64,000 nucleotides of DNA from Octopus sinensis (lineage: Eukaryota): NCBI RefSeq assembly GCF_006345805.1, contig NC_042998.1:14694001-14758000 (forward strand). The letters are read 5' to 3'. Both the position numbers and the translations under genes were made by a program. The notes beneath the pieces were generated by a model. It was given only the letters and a program-made list of their open reading frames with translations. It did not search any database and was not told the DNA's origin. Shown here one piece after another: positions 25,765 to 38,546 of this stretch (positions are counted from its first letter, which is position 1; every line of letters begins with the position of its first letter).

Positions 25765-27005
25765 GAATGTATGTATGTATGTATGTATGCATGCATGTAT
25801 GTATGTATGTATGTATGTATGTATGTATGTATGTATGTATGTATGCATGCATGAATGTATGTATGTATGTACGTATGTATGCATGAATGTATGTATGTAT
25901 GTATGTATGTATGTATGTATGCATGCATGCATGAATGTATGTATGTATGTACGTATGTATGCATGAATGTATGTATGTATGTATGTATGTATGTATGTAC
26001 GTATGCATGCATGCATCTATGATGTATGCATGTATGTATGTATGTATGCATGAATGTATGTATGTATGTATGTATGTGTATGTATGTAGGTATGTATGAT
26101 GTATGTATGTATGTATGATGATGTATGTAGTATGTAGCATGAATGTATGTATGTATGTATGTATGTATGTGCATGCATCTATGTATGTATGCATGTATGT
26201 ATGTATGTATGCATAAATGTATGTATGTATGTATGTATGTATGTATATGTATGCATGAATGTATGTATGTATGTATGTATGTATGTATGTATGTATGTCT
26301 GTATGTATGTATGTATGTATGCATGAATTATGTATGTAGTATGTAGTATGTATGTATGCATGCATGCATCTATGTTGTATGCATGTATGTATGTATGTAT
26401 GTATGCATGAATGTATGTATGTATGTATGTATGTATGTACGTATGTATGCATGAATGTATGTATGTATGTATGTAGTAGTATGTATGTATGATGTATGTA
26501 TGTATGTATGCATGATGTATGTATGTATGTAGTATGTATGAATGCATTGCATCTATGTATGTATGCATGATGTAGTATGTATGCATGAATGTATGTATGT
26601 ATGTGTATGTATGTACGTATGTATGCATGAATGTATGTATGTATGTATGTATGTATGTATGTATGTATGTATGCATGAATGTATGTATGTATGTATGTAT
26701 GTATGTATGTATGCATGCATGCATCTATGTATGTATGCATGTATGTATGTATGTATGCATGAATGTATGTATGTATGTATGTATGTATGTATGTATGTAT
26801 GTATGTATGTATGCATGTATGTATGTATGTATGCATGAATGTATGTATGTATGTATGTATTTATTATGTAGTATGTATGTATGTATTTATTATGTATGTA
26901 GTATGTATGTATGCATGTATGTATGCATGTATGTATGTATGTATGTATGTATGTATGTATTTATTATGTATGTATGTATGTATGTATGTATGTATGTATA
27001 AATAT
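25765..27005. repeat. 1.2-kb (ATGT)n array with ATGC/ATGA variants
   Basis: Direct tetranucleotide satellite. Confidence 0.95.
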
Positions 27006-27198
27006 ATGTAAAATTCTAGAAACTCTGTTAAGAAATTCTATTCAAAGAGCTCTGACGATTCTCTTATTTCTTTATTTTCTATGTTTTTTTTTTTGTTTTT
27101 TTTCTTTATCTTTTTGTGTGGTGTAAGACTCATGTACTACCATTCGATGTCGTCCTTTTAACTTATGCATATAGTCCTATGTGTTGTTTCCACATCAG

Positions 27199-27232
27199 AC
27201 ATATACCGGATACTCTAGTATCGAGTATGCGG
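27199..27232 (+). CDS. Candidate micro-exon 8 (TYTGYSSIEYA)
   Basis: tgttgtttccacatcag acceptor, gtatgt donor, 34 nt, phase 0 to 1. Confidence 0.6.
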
Positions 27233-27271
27233 GTATGTGCGAATGGGGATGTGCATATCTCTCTCTGTTTC

Positions 27272-27330
<59 letters not shown>

Positions 27331-27429
27331 TACTCACACACACACATGTATATATGCATGCATGTCTATATATACACACACATACATGCAAAAACATACA
27401 TATATATATATTATATTATATATATAAAT

Positions 27430-27551
27430 ATATCACGTGATCACGTGACCGACCAGACCATCAGATGTTGTTACACATCGCTGGTTACAATGCGTTCGCA
27501 TTGTTTTAGCCTTCGAATGACGCCACCCCGCTGGCTAAGCGAGCAGGCCAA
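27430..27551. repeat. Short structured element embedded in (TA)n
   Basis: GC-richer island with (TCACGTGA)2 palindrome and ACAATGCG/CGCATTGT hairpin between TA tracts. Confidence 0.55.
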
Positions 27552-27613
27552 TATATATATATATATTATATATAATATTATATAAATATATATATATATA
27601 TATATATGTATAT

Positions 27614-27683
<70 letters not shown>

Positions 27684-27698
27684 TATATATTATATAAT

Positions 27699-28292
27699 TA
27701 GGGCTTAGTAAAATAAATTACTTTGCCACATACTGAACTTAGTAGAAATAGCAGCCAAAAAAAATTCTTAGCATTTCTACTACTTAAAGAAAATTTCTCT
27801 CAGATAATGTTTACTCCAGACAGCTCACGAAGGTTTGGAGGTAAATACAGAAAAATATCACAAGTACATAGATCGTTTGAGTACGTCAACGTTTCAAGAT
27901 TAGCCAAATGTGGGTGGAATGGGGAGTGCAGAAATTTACGCCTGCGCATTTTGAATTTGTTGACACTGTTAGTTGGAGTGGTTCATCTGAAGCGACAAGT
28001 TCGCTGATAGTAAGTTCCTTCTTTTTAGTGTTTCCAAATCCAAATAAGAAATTTTGAGCTGACGAAAGAAATGCTGATTTTATTGGCTAATCTTGAAACG
28101 TTGACGTACTCAAACGATCTATGTACTTGTGATATTTTTCTGTATTTACCTCCAAACCTTCGTGAGCTGTCTGGAGTAAACATTATCTGAGAGAAATTTT
28201 CTTTAAGTAGTAGAAATGCTAAGAAAATTTTTTGGGCTGCTATTTCTACTAAGTTCAGTATGTGGCAAAGTAATTTATTTTACTAAGCCCTA
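27699..28292. mobile_element. Fold-back / MITE-like element with about 210-bp near-perfect terminal inverted repeats
   Basis: Arms 27699-27907 and 28083-28292 are reverse complements with few differences; 175-bp spacer; TA-rich flanks. Confidence 0.88.
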
Positions 28293-28483
28293 ATTATATA
28301 ATGTATATTTGAATCGCCTTAAATGGTCCTTTTACATACTGAACACTTGGTGAAATTGATTAATTAATTAATTTCACCTCAATTGTTGTATATATATATA
28401 TATTATTATATATATATATATATATATAATATTTATATATATATATATATATTATAATATATATATATATATGGTGGTAGGCA

Positions 28484-28800
28484 GAGCTAAGTGGCTAAGG
28501 AAACTGCTTCACCAACTTCCCATCTCGCGTTCGATCGCACGGTGCAAAATCTTGGACAAGAGCCAAACACCTTTACCATGGCCTCGAGATGACCCAATCA
28601 TTGTGAGTAAATTTGAGTAGACAGGTAACTCAAGAGAATTGCACCTGTAATTAAGCAGACTTATCTTGTCACACTGTGTGACACTAACTCAGTTTGACAA
28701 TCTTCTTAAAGGTACACCTGGCTCTCAACCACTTCACACGCTAACGCAATGTGTAGCTTGTCCAGTTGATCCAACTCTTGGACGGTCTTACGTTGAAGAA
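28484..28800 (+). mobile_element. Old degraded SINE (family A-like head, family E-like body)
   Basis: ATCTTGGACAAG, ATTGTGAGTAAATTTG and CTTGTCACACTGTGTGACAC landmarks. Confidence 0.5.
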
Positions 28801-28915
28801 TTCAACGGGAGAATTCATCTCTAGCTAGCTAGCTAACTAGATAGCTAGATAGATAGATAGATAGATAAATTTATGTGTGTTAATATATGTATATAGTATA
28901 TTATATATATATATC

Positions 28916-28946
<31 letters not shown>

Positions 28947-28953
28947 TATATAA

Positions 28954-28993
<40 letters not shown>

Positions 28994-29166
28994 TGTGTGT
29001 GTGTGTGGTGTGTGTGTGGTGTATGTATATATATATATATATACATATGTATGTACATATATATATAATATAGATATAGATATAGATATATGTGCGTATG
29101 TATAAAAACAAACATATATACATATATGTATATATATATATATGTGTGTGGTGTGTGTGTGTTGTG

Positions 29167-29203
<37 letters not shown>

Positions 29204-29260
29204 TATGTATGTATTTATGTATAGAAGGATGAAAAGGAGCACACGAATTGATATATATAT

Positions 29261-29682
29261 GGAAAAAATGTCAAGATAGAAAATGCTAAAATAATTTTAT
29301 AAAACACATTTCAATACCGGTTTCAGTCATTGAGACTTTTTCAACTGTAACAATTAAACAATTAAATTTAGAAAAATTAAAAGAAAATTTTTTTTTTAAG
29401 AATATTTGTACAGTGTTCAAATACAAGCGGCGTTTTCCTTGTTTCTGCCTGTCTCTGTCTCTCTTGTTTACTCTTGTAACGAGTGACAGAGAGAGGCAGA
29501 AACAAGAAAAATGCCTCTTATATTTGAACACTATACAAATATTCTTAAAAAAAACCTTTTCTTTTAATTTTTCTAAATTTAATTGTTTAATTGTTACAGT
29601 CGAAAAAGTCTCAGCGACTGAAACCGATACTGAAATGTGTTTTATAAAATTATTTTAGCATTTTCTATCTTGACTTTTTTCC
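29261..29682. mobile_element. Hairpin MITE, almost wholly palindromic, inserted in (TA)n
   Basis: GGAAAAAATGTCAAG ... CTTGACTTTTTTCC ends; arms pair to within about 25 nt of the centre (29460-29484). Confidence 0.85.
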
Positions 29683-30180
29683 ATATATATATATATATCA
29701 GCAAAGAGTTGTTAATCAGGGATTAGTAATCAGGGCAAAATTCATCTTAAGCTCTCCGCAGATACAAATACGCCAGGCTAAGAAAAATGTCTTATGATTG
29801 GTATTGAATTCAAAGTAATCCGAGGTCAATATCTGTAATCGAAGTCCATCACCAGTCAAATTTGTAAAGCCATTGTTGCATTACCGAGTTAATATGGTAT
29901 GTTTTTACAGGGTGGTATGTAAAATAAGAGGCTTTATATTTATTAGTGTATTATAGATATACACCTGTTTCAGATATGCATTTTGGAAGCATGGATGGTT
30001 CAGTTTCATCAATCGATCGATTGATCGATTGAAAATATAGTGAACGATCGTCGGAATGCTATCTTTGTTAGAGTCCAACAAATTAAATGCATATCTGAAA
30101 CAGCAGTAAGTCTGTAGTGCACAAATAAATGTATAAAACCTGTTACTTAAGCCTATCAAATATATATATATTATATATAT

Positions 30181-30443
30181 ATAGTTAGTTAGTTAATTTT
30201 CTGGCTCAAAAAGCAAAAAGCAAGGCCATGTAGGGGGACATTGTGTTATGTACAGGGTGGTGTTCATGTAAAGAGTTCAGGCCACTTGAGGTCAAGGGAG
30301 ACCTTGAACCGAGCAGTCATCGGCATCTTCACCATCTCGTCTGGCAGCTTATTCCACGGATCCACAACCCGGACGTAGAAAGCCCCTCTCCTTCGATTGA
30401 GATGAAATCGTCGCAGATAGAGCTTTTCGAAGTGACCCCGCAG
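30181..30443 (-). mobile_element. CR1-type LINE 3' end fragment
   Basis: RGHFEKLYLRRFHLNRRRGAFYVRVVDPWNKLPDEMVK...FKVSLD, the typical CR1 ORF2 C-terminus; short 3' UTR and (TAAC)n tail. Confidence 0.82.
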
Positions 30444-30747
30444 AGAGAGAGAGAGAGACTGAGAGATTGCAAATGAAAGACGGAAGATGGAATATACGAA
30501 AATTTATCATTAATCACGAAAATTGTTTCGACACATCTAGCATTGATTCCTAGTGGGTAGGACACTCAACAATTGGTTAGGGGCATTCGGTGGTGCAAAT
30601 GTATCACATTGGGAGATAAATAAATAGAATTCGTTAAAATAACTGTTCCGCTATGTAACTTCCTATTTTGTAGAAAGAAAAGCAGCCAGACGGAGGAAAC
30701 ATGTTCATTTATATAGAAGATCAAAAATAAAATTACAGATGGCAAAA

Positions 30748-31135
30748 TGGATGGAAGCACTCCGTCGGTCACGACGATGAGGGTTACGGTTGATCCGATA
30801 AACGGAACAGCCTGCTCGTGAAATTAACGTGTAAGTGGCTGAGCACTCCACAGACACGTGTACCCTTAACGTAGATCTCGGGGATATTCAGCGTGACACA
30901 GAGAGTGACAAGGCCGGCCCTTTGAAATACAGGTACAACAGAAACAGGAAGTAAGAGTGAGAGAAAGTTGTGGTGAAAGAGTACAGCAGGGATCACCACC
31001 ATCCCTGCCGGAGCCTCGTGGAGCTTTTAGATGTTTTCGCTCAATAAACACTCACAACGCCCGGTCTGGGAATCGAAACCGCGATCCTATGACCGCGAGT
31101 CCGCTGCCCTAACCACTGGGCCATTACGCCTCCAC
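30748..31135 (-). mobile_element. SINE family E, full length, 13-bp TSD
   Basis: TSD ACAGATGGCAAAA at 30735-30747 and 31136-31148; tRNA-like head. Confidence 0.93.
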
Positions 31136-31593
31136 ACAGATGGCAAAAAGAGAAACGAACACACAATCCAGCGACAAAAGTATTAAAAATAACCGTTAAC
31201 AAATATGGATGCACAAACGCGCCCTCGGGCAGGCTGCATGGCGCGAGTACACTCGCTCATTCAAGCATCCGCAAAAATGTGAGCATACGCATACGTGAGG
31301 TTTAATGCACATATGATCACAAAGCGAATTTGCTATCTACTTGGCGTTTGTAAGAAAGGGAAGGTTGAAGGATTAGTAAATACTTGTAGCTGAGAAAAAA
31401 GTACCTAACATGAAGGACTGTAAGCTATCTCAATATTGGGGAAAGAGTTACCTGTATCATGATTATTCGCGCTGTGTATCAAAATGCCGACATTGACTGC
31501 TGCTGAGAAGAACCAGTGACTTCACTATAATCCATGTGATATCCCATGTGATATCATGAAAACCAAGCTTCTCCCAACTGTTTTGGTCTCAGA

Positions 31594-31825
31594 AGGCGGC
31601 GAGATGGCAGAAACGTTAGCGCGCCGGGCGAAATGCTTAGCGGTATTTCGTCTGCCGTTACGTTCTGAGTTCAAATTTCGCCGAGGTCGACTTTGCCTTT
31701 CATCCTTTCGGGGTCGATAAATTAAGTACCAGTTACGCACTGGGGTCGATGTAATCGACTTAATACCTATGTCTGTCCTTGTTTGTCCACTCTATGTTTA
31801 GCCCCTTGTGGGTAATAAAGAAATA
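31594..31825 (+). mobile_element. SINE family B monomer
   Basis: Full head, B box GAGTTCAAATT, tail AAAGAAATA followed by GGTAT. Confidence 0.92.
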
Positions 31826-31834
31826 GGTATGCCT

Positions 31835-32200
31835 TCAGTGAGGATGACGGTATTCTAAACCACATCTTAGGACACAGATCAGACGACTATGCGAAGCTTT
31901 TGGGGGCTGTAGTCAAAACCTAGGAAAGAGAGGACTGCTGCTGGAAGGCTCTATGCTTAGCAGCAGAATCCGGTTCTTTGCCATGTCTTCGAAAAGAATG
32001 ACAAGTTGTTGTCGGAGAATTTCTATGACTTTACTAGTCCCCTGACAAAGAACAACGAGATATTCAAAGATCTACTCAGGAACGCAATAAGCAACATATG
32101 TGCCCGGTTCTGGAGCCGTCTTGCGGCTGTGGTGGAAGCTGAGGGCGGTTACTTTGAATAAACTGTCATCTCCCAGTCATAATCTAATTAATATGATTTG
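31835..32200 (+). mobile_element. Tc1/mariner transposase relic with internal deletion
   Basis: AAGRLYA*QQNPVLCH, LSENFYDFTSP, then ARFWSRLAAVVEAEGGYFE* (stop 32159-32161). Confidence 0.75.
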
Positions 32201-32335
32201 TTTTTTTTATTAATACTTTTAAGATATTGCGCTTTCTTTTCTTTTGCTGCAATTTAACCAGAAACCACATATACATACATACATACGTATATTTTATTTA
32301 TTTGCATATAGATACATACATACATACATAGATAA

Positions 32336-32439
<104 letters not shown>

Positions 32440-32933
32440 GTCTATATATATATAATATATATATATATATGGATAGATATTTATACATCTATATACATAT
32501 ATATAGTACTTATATATGTATACATATGTTAAAATTATATGCATACATATATACATAAGACATGTCTCTTTATAGGTACATAGCGACATACATACTTACA
32601 CACATCTGTACGTGAATAGATACTTACGTACATACAAAAAAAAATCCTCCATCGCTATCGCCGTTGTCCCCGCGACAGCGGCGGCCTTCAAATTAATGTC
32701 CTTTTCGTTTTCATACAACAGGAGATGCGAAATCATCATCAGCACCGTTTGTTACAAAATATACAATTCGATTTTGGCGAGAAAATTCTTTAATTCATTT
32801 TCGTGTCCTCAGATATACGTAAGTACATACATACATACAAACATACATAGATGCATACATACATATATATATATATATATACATATCCACATATATAGAT
32901 ACATATGTACATATGGTATATATTATATATATA

Positions 32934-32965
<32 letters not shown>

Positions 32966-33157
32966 CATATATGTATATGTATAATATATGTATGTATATA
33001 TATATATATATGTATATATATTATATATATATATACATATATATATATGTATTTTATATATCTATATATATGTTGTGTGTGTGTGTGGTGTTATATAATA
33101 TATGTATGTATATATAATATCTATATATATATAAAAAAAAATATATATATGTATATA

Positions 33158-33209
<52 letters not shown>

Positions 33210-33840
33210 ATATATTGTGTTCTTGCAAAAGGCGATCAAAATCAATGAGGGTCTTCAGACAGTCAGCTGAGGATGGCCAGTGACAAATAATCTTGCAATT
33301 AGAGTAAATTTGTCTGTTGCGCTTGAAAGTCCGTTTGATTTCTTTAATATATATTACAAATAGTGACTTCAAGTAAGAAGTAATTTGCACTGTCTTCTTG
33401 CAAATTAAACTCTTTAGAAGAAACTCCTGCACTTATCCTTTGAACTTTAGACGCTGCGATTATGGTTGACGCTACCTTCTGTTTAATGCTGACGTTGCTG
33501 ATGGTTTGTTGTGGCTGTTCGAGGTGGTAGAGCGTCTATTGTGTTTTAGTGGTGGTGATGAAGAAGGTTGGGGGTTGGTCATGTGGGTGGGGTGAAGAGT
33601 GAGTGGGTGGTGGGGTAATCGCAGAGCTGATGACGGTGGAGAGTGGTGGAAGCAACTCTGCGGTCGCCAAATAAAATTGTCTGTCGTATTTTTCTTTCGC
33701 GCTTCTTGTTTATAAATACACATATATGTATAACCCTTTTGACCGCTCTATTGTTTCTTTTTCTCTTTCTTTCTTTCTTTCTTTCTTTCTTCTTTCTTCT
33801 TTCTTTCTTTCTTTCTTTCTTTCTTTATTTCTTTTTTCTC

Positions 33841-33878
<38 letters not shown>

Positions 33879-33996
33879 CTCACACGCTTATACCCAATAG
33901 ACATACAATCACTGTGCGTACGCTTGTGTCTGTATGCATATACACATATTTTTGTGTATGTATATAAACGTGTGTGAGAGAGTGTGTATATACATA

Positions 33997-34070
<74 letters not shown>

Positions 34071-34370
34071 CATATATATATATATAATATTATATAATAT
34101 ATATTATATATATATTTTATTATATATCTTGATATATATATATATATAATATATATATATAGTATATATATAGGTATTTATGTATGTATGTATATGATGT
34201 ATGATGTATGTATGTATGTATGCATGTATGTATGTATGTGTATGTGTTGCCGTCTTTCGATTCCACTCTTTCCGCCGGTTTTCACTTCTAGTTTTCTTTA
34301 TCTCTTATTTGGTACGTGTATGTATGAATGTATATATATATATAGGGAGAGTTTATGTATATATACATAC

Positions 34371-34401
<31 letters not shown>

Positions 34402-34459
34402 ATATATATTATATATATATATATATATGATATATATATATATTATATATATATATAAT

Positions 34460-34503
<44 letters not shown>

Positions 34504-35055
34504 TATATATATATAGACGCACTCAGATATACATATATGTATGCACACAGGCATTATCTATATACATACATATATACACATGTATATGCATGCGTACGCA
34601 TGCATCTATGTATATACTTATGGTGGACGGACGGACGTGCGATAGGTGCATGTGTACCTGCGTATATGTTCGCACGCTGTTGCGTATATATGTGTGTTTC
34701 TATGTGGTTTTTGTCTGAGTCTCTGAATAAATATTTGTGCCGCTGTGTATAGTTGTAGCTTTTGACCATATTTGGCAAAGTGCTTTGTTCGTTTTGTAAG
34801 AGATGCACACAAGGTTGGTTTTCTTTTTCGAGACCGTTTGATTGTTTGGTTTAATTTTGTCAATTATTTTGGTGACATTTTTGACTTACCATTATTATGA
34901 TGTTAGAAACCACGAAATTTGCAGAACAAGATATTTGGCAGACAACTTTTCCTATTCTTTATAGAACAACTTCCTTGAATCGTTTTATTGCTTTTGTTGT
35001 TGCTGCTGTAGTTGTTGTAGTTGTAGTTAGTTTTATTTATTTTGTTCTTTTGTGT

Positions 35056-35284
35056 TTACTCTTTTACTCTTTTACTTGTTTCAGTCATTTGACTGCGGCC
35101 ATGCTGGAGCACCGCCTTTAGTCGAGCAAATCGACCCCGGGACTTATTCTTTTGTAAGCCCAGTACTTATTCTATCGGTCTCTTTTTGCCGAACCGCTAA
35201 GTGACGGGGACGTAAACACACCAGCATCGGTTGTCAAGCAATGCTAGGGGGACAAACACAGACACACAAACATATACACACACA

Positions 35285-35326
<42 letters not shown>

Positions 35327-35452
35327 TACGACAGGCTTCTTTCAGTTTCCGTCTACCAAATCCACTCACAAGGCATTGGTCGGCCGGGGCTAAAGCAGAA
35401 GACACTTGCCCAAGATGCCACGCAATGGGACTGAACGCGGAACCATGTGGTT
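35056..35452 (-). mobile_element. SINE family A, head truncated
   Basis: Family landmarks. Confidence 0.92.
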
Positions 35453-35744
35453 GTTTTTTATAATCCGATCGGCAGAAGGGACAGTACCCCTGTGTTTCGC
35501 CAGCTCTTTGAGTCCCGTTACACTGACGCTGTTAACCGTGCTGCTTAAAGTCAAACTTTAGGTAAGACATGAAGTGATGGAACACCAGTTAGAAGTAAAC
35601 GCTCAGTGAGAATTGACCGGAAATAAGAATTAGTCTAGGAACTTGGAAATAACTTTCCACATGAGTGCGGTCACATTTCTTTAAGGACTGCAAACCCAAT
35701 TTTCGGGAGGATGTTCGAAATGTTTTCATTGCCACCCAAAAAAT

Positions 35745-35908
35745 TTTAGTGTGCGCACTTGTTTTTTTCTGTGTCCCTTTCTGTAGAAGAGCGTAGGCTC
35801 GAGACGTAAAAGACTTTTTCTATTCTTGAGTGTTATACTAATACATATATTTGTTTTGTACACCACCTGTCTTCGTCTTCTGTTCTTTTTTTTTCGTAAA
35901 CTCTCCCT
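35745..35908 (+). mobile_element. Short repeat family D with degenerate minimal hammerhead-like motif
   Basis: Architecture parallels family C (CT-rich lead, motif at 35777-35812, tail running into (TA)n). Confidence 0.55.
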
Positions 35909-35984
35909 ATATATATATATATATATATTATATTATATAATATATATATATATAAGTAAATTGACACCAATTTACTTTTCAAGG

Positions 35985-36500
35985 AATTAAGATATAACAA
36001 CGTCCATCCATTTGTCATCACAGAAGGAACGTATCCTTGTTTAAGACAATCACCTTGGTCTGCTGCGGCTGCGATCCTTTCAAGCAACTGTGTAAAATTC
36101 CTCAGCCAGTAACCTCATACTCTATCCGGCCTGGTCCTTGCTATACTTTTCAACTTCAACCTCACTGGGTACAGATCAATTCTGACGTGCCTTTGTTTCG
36201 GTACATTAGCAAGCTGCCTCTCCAATCTTTTAACTTGCTACTCTGTATTTCCGTTGTCTCACTGGCCTGTTCCAAAGTCCTCCTCAAAATGCTTTACTTC
36301 CTTCCGCATCGGGAATCACCACCTGATGTTGCTCCCCACACCACCACCATTTCCTCAAAGAGCTGCCTTCTTTTCGACTGAATCAATCTATTCTGTTCAA
36401 AACCTTTGCATCTAGCCTTATATCTTTTCAATTTGACCTTTGACACCGCCACCCTTTCGGACAATTCTTCCTGCACTGTTTGCTCTCATCTCTCTTCTAA
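35985..36500 (-). mobile_element. Degraded non-LTR RT N-terminal fragment, R4/Dong-like
   Basis: ELSERVAVSKVKLKRYKAR..EQNRLIQS, IPDAEGSKAF, GYWLRNFTQLLERIA...GYVPSVMTNG. Confidence 0.65.
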
Positions 36501-36519
36501 CCTGTACTGTCCATTCAGT

Positions 36520-36602
36520 TAGTAGTAGTAGTAGTAGTGGTGGTGGTGGTGGTGGTGGTGGTGGTGGTGGTGGTGGTGGTGGTAATGGTGGTGGTGGTGG
36601 TG

Positions 36603-36658
<56 letters not shown>

Positions 36659-36691
36659 GGTGGTGGCGGTGGTAGTAGTAGTAGTAGTAGT

Positions 36692-36725
<34 letters not shown>
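36520..36725. repeat. (GGT)n/(AGT)n compound microsatellite
   Basis: Direct repeat. Confidence 0.95.
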
Positions 36726-36836
36726 TACTTCTGTCGTGTCGTGTGCAGAGCCGCTATTAAACTCACCAAGAATTTGCGGATTATCGGCAAGTTTTACTGT
36801 ATGAAAATTATTCCGTTTAGAGTTTGGTTGTTTTAG

Positions 36837-36859
36837 AAATGGAGAACGACAGAGCGCCA
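36837..36859 (+). CDS. Candidate micro-exon 9 (EMENDRAP)
   Basis: ttggttgttttag acceptor, gtacgt donor, 23 nt, phase 1 to 0. Confidence 0.55.
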
Positions 36860-36932
36860 GTACGTCTACCTCGATGCCTGAAGTAGACAGAAGTTTTGTT
36901 TTAAGCATCATTTTGATTATTTTTTTTTCCAG

Positions 36933-36950
36933 GAACTTTATTGTTTATAA
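36933..36950 (+). CDS. Candidate terminal coding exon (ELYCL*)
   Basis: tttttttttccag acceptor, 73-nt intron from exon 9, TAA at 36948-36950, AATAAA at 37081. Confidence 0.55.
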   Translation, partial: ELYCL

Positions 36951-37329
36951 TAATTTTCAATATGGCTTCCTCTACCAGAGAAATAATAAGAACCAGCATC
37001 AAGAAAGTGAGTCTCACTGCATATGCCCTTTTGAAACAAAACATTGATATAATTCTTGAAACACATGAAAATGAAGTAAAAATAAATAAAATTAATAGAA
37101 TTCAAAGAAGATAAACGGGTTAAATATTACAATAAAACATATATTTCTCAACAATTTCTTAACAATTTAACATAAAAAAACGTGAATTCCCACAATAATA
37201 ACAAACATAATAACAACGACAACAACATACACACATTTGCTGTCATGAAAAAGTACAACGGAAAAGATAGCATTTTTTAGCTTTGCTCGCGCTGACAGTG
37301 ACAGGTAGTTTTCAAGCATGAACTTCCGA

Positions 37330-38330
37330 ACGGAGGAAAAAATTCACTTGGCAGTTTTGTAAACAAATAGGATGCCTATTTTCCAAAAACTTTCAATCAA
37401 GAGCAAGCGAGGAAGTATGTTATCCATCTCAGAATCGTCCTCAGAAGAGACCCTTGCACAGCCTCATGTGAAAACGAGAACTTTTTGCTTCTTCTCACAT
37501 ATCTTGGTCGGCGTGTTGCAAAAATGAGAACATCAGACACTCTACCAAAATTAGACATCTCATGGATGGAGGCATCGATGAGGGAATACTTCTGTGAAAA
37601 AACCTTTCTCAACAGCGATGCCCCACCAAAAAGCAATCATAAATAGATTTAGCCGTTATGTGTGAAGACATCACATCCAATGGTCGACAGAATACAGATC
37701 TGTATGACTAGTTTTAAAACTGAGAATGGGGCAAAAACATCAAGTTGAGCTGATATTACACACACGTGTCCATACACTGGTGCCACAGAGACAATGGTAT
37801 TTACAAAATCATTGCCTTCTATGGTACAGTACGGCAGGTAGAGAATGCTCATACGATCAGGATAGCATGAAGTCGAATGTGATCAAGACGGCATAAAGTC
37901 GTGTGGGCCCTTACGTAACTGATATCCCTCACCTCGCAAAGATCACAAAAGTACAGTACCCTGTCGAGGACGAAGGCGAAAAATTTATAACACTGGTGTG
38001 CTACACGTGTATCTTTATGGCCATCTGAGGACTTTCTGCATAGAAGACCGAGAAGTGAAGAGGAAACAGCCCGTATCCAAATGGTTTATCCCATTCTCAA
38101 AACCACAGCTTCTTTCCTCCCACCCTACCAGTAATGCCATCCAATAGCCTTGCCCCATAAAAAGAGGCATGAAACATGAGCATGTCTAGTTGCTATATGA
38201 GAGTTCCTTGAGGGTTTTGGGAGCCATGAAGCTAAAAAGACATGTAAAAGAAAAAGCGGCCGAAAATAGTAGGTTCCGGAAGCTATTTTTCAGCGACACA
38301 ACTAGCCGAATCTCCAGAAGTGAAAAAGAA
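37330..38330 (+). pseudogene. Degraded gag/ORF1-like retroelement relic
   Basis: Coding-like composition; CYTC-IF(x)G-H-LRTF-C zinc knuckle at 37999-38039 restored by one frameshift. Confidence 0.45.
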
Positions 38331-38339
38331 AATCGATCA

Positions 38340-38500
38340 GCGCAGGATTGGCTGTGTGGTAAGTAGCTTGCTTACGAACCACATGGTTCCAGGTTCAGTC
38401 CCACTGCGTGGTACCTTGGGCAAGTGTCTTCTACTATAGCCTCGGGCCGACCAAAGCCTTATGAGTGGATTTGGTAGACGGAAACTGAAAGATGCCCGTC

Positions 38501-38546
<46 letters not shown>

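Noticed and set aside
27455-27512. Type II hammerhead reading of the double E-box element
   Set aside because: G12 and A9 are missing and helix I has a 7-nt insertion.
33215-33670. Unique-looking segment with short ORFs
   Set aside because: No recognisable domain or consistent splice sites.
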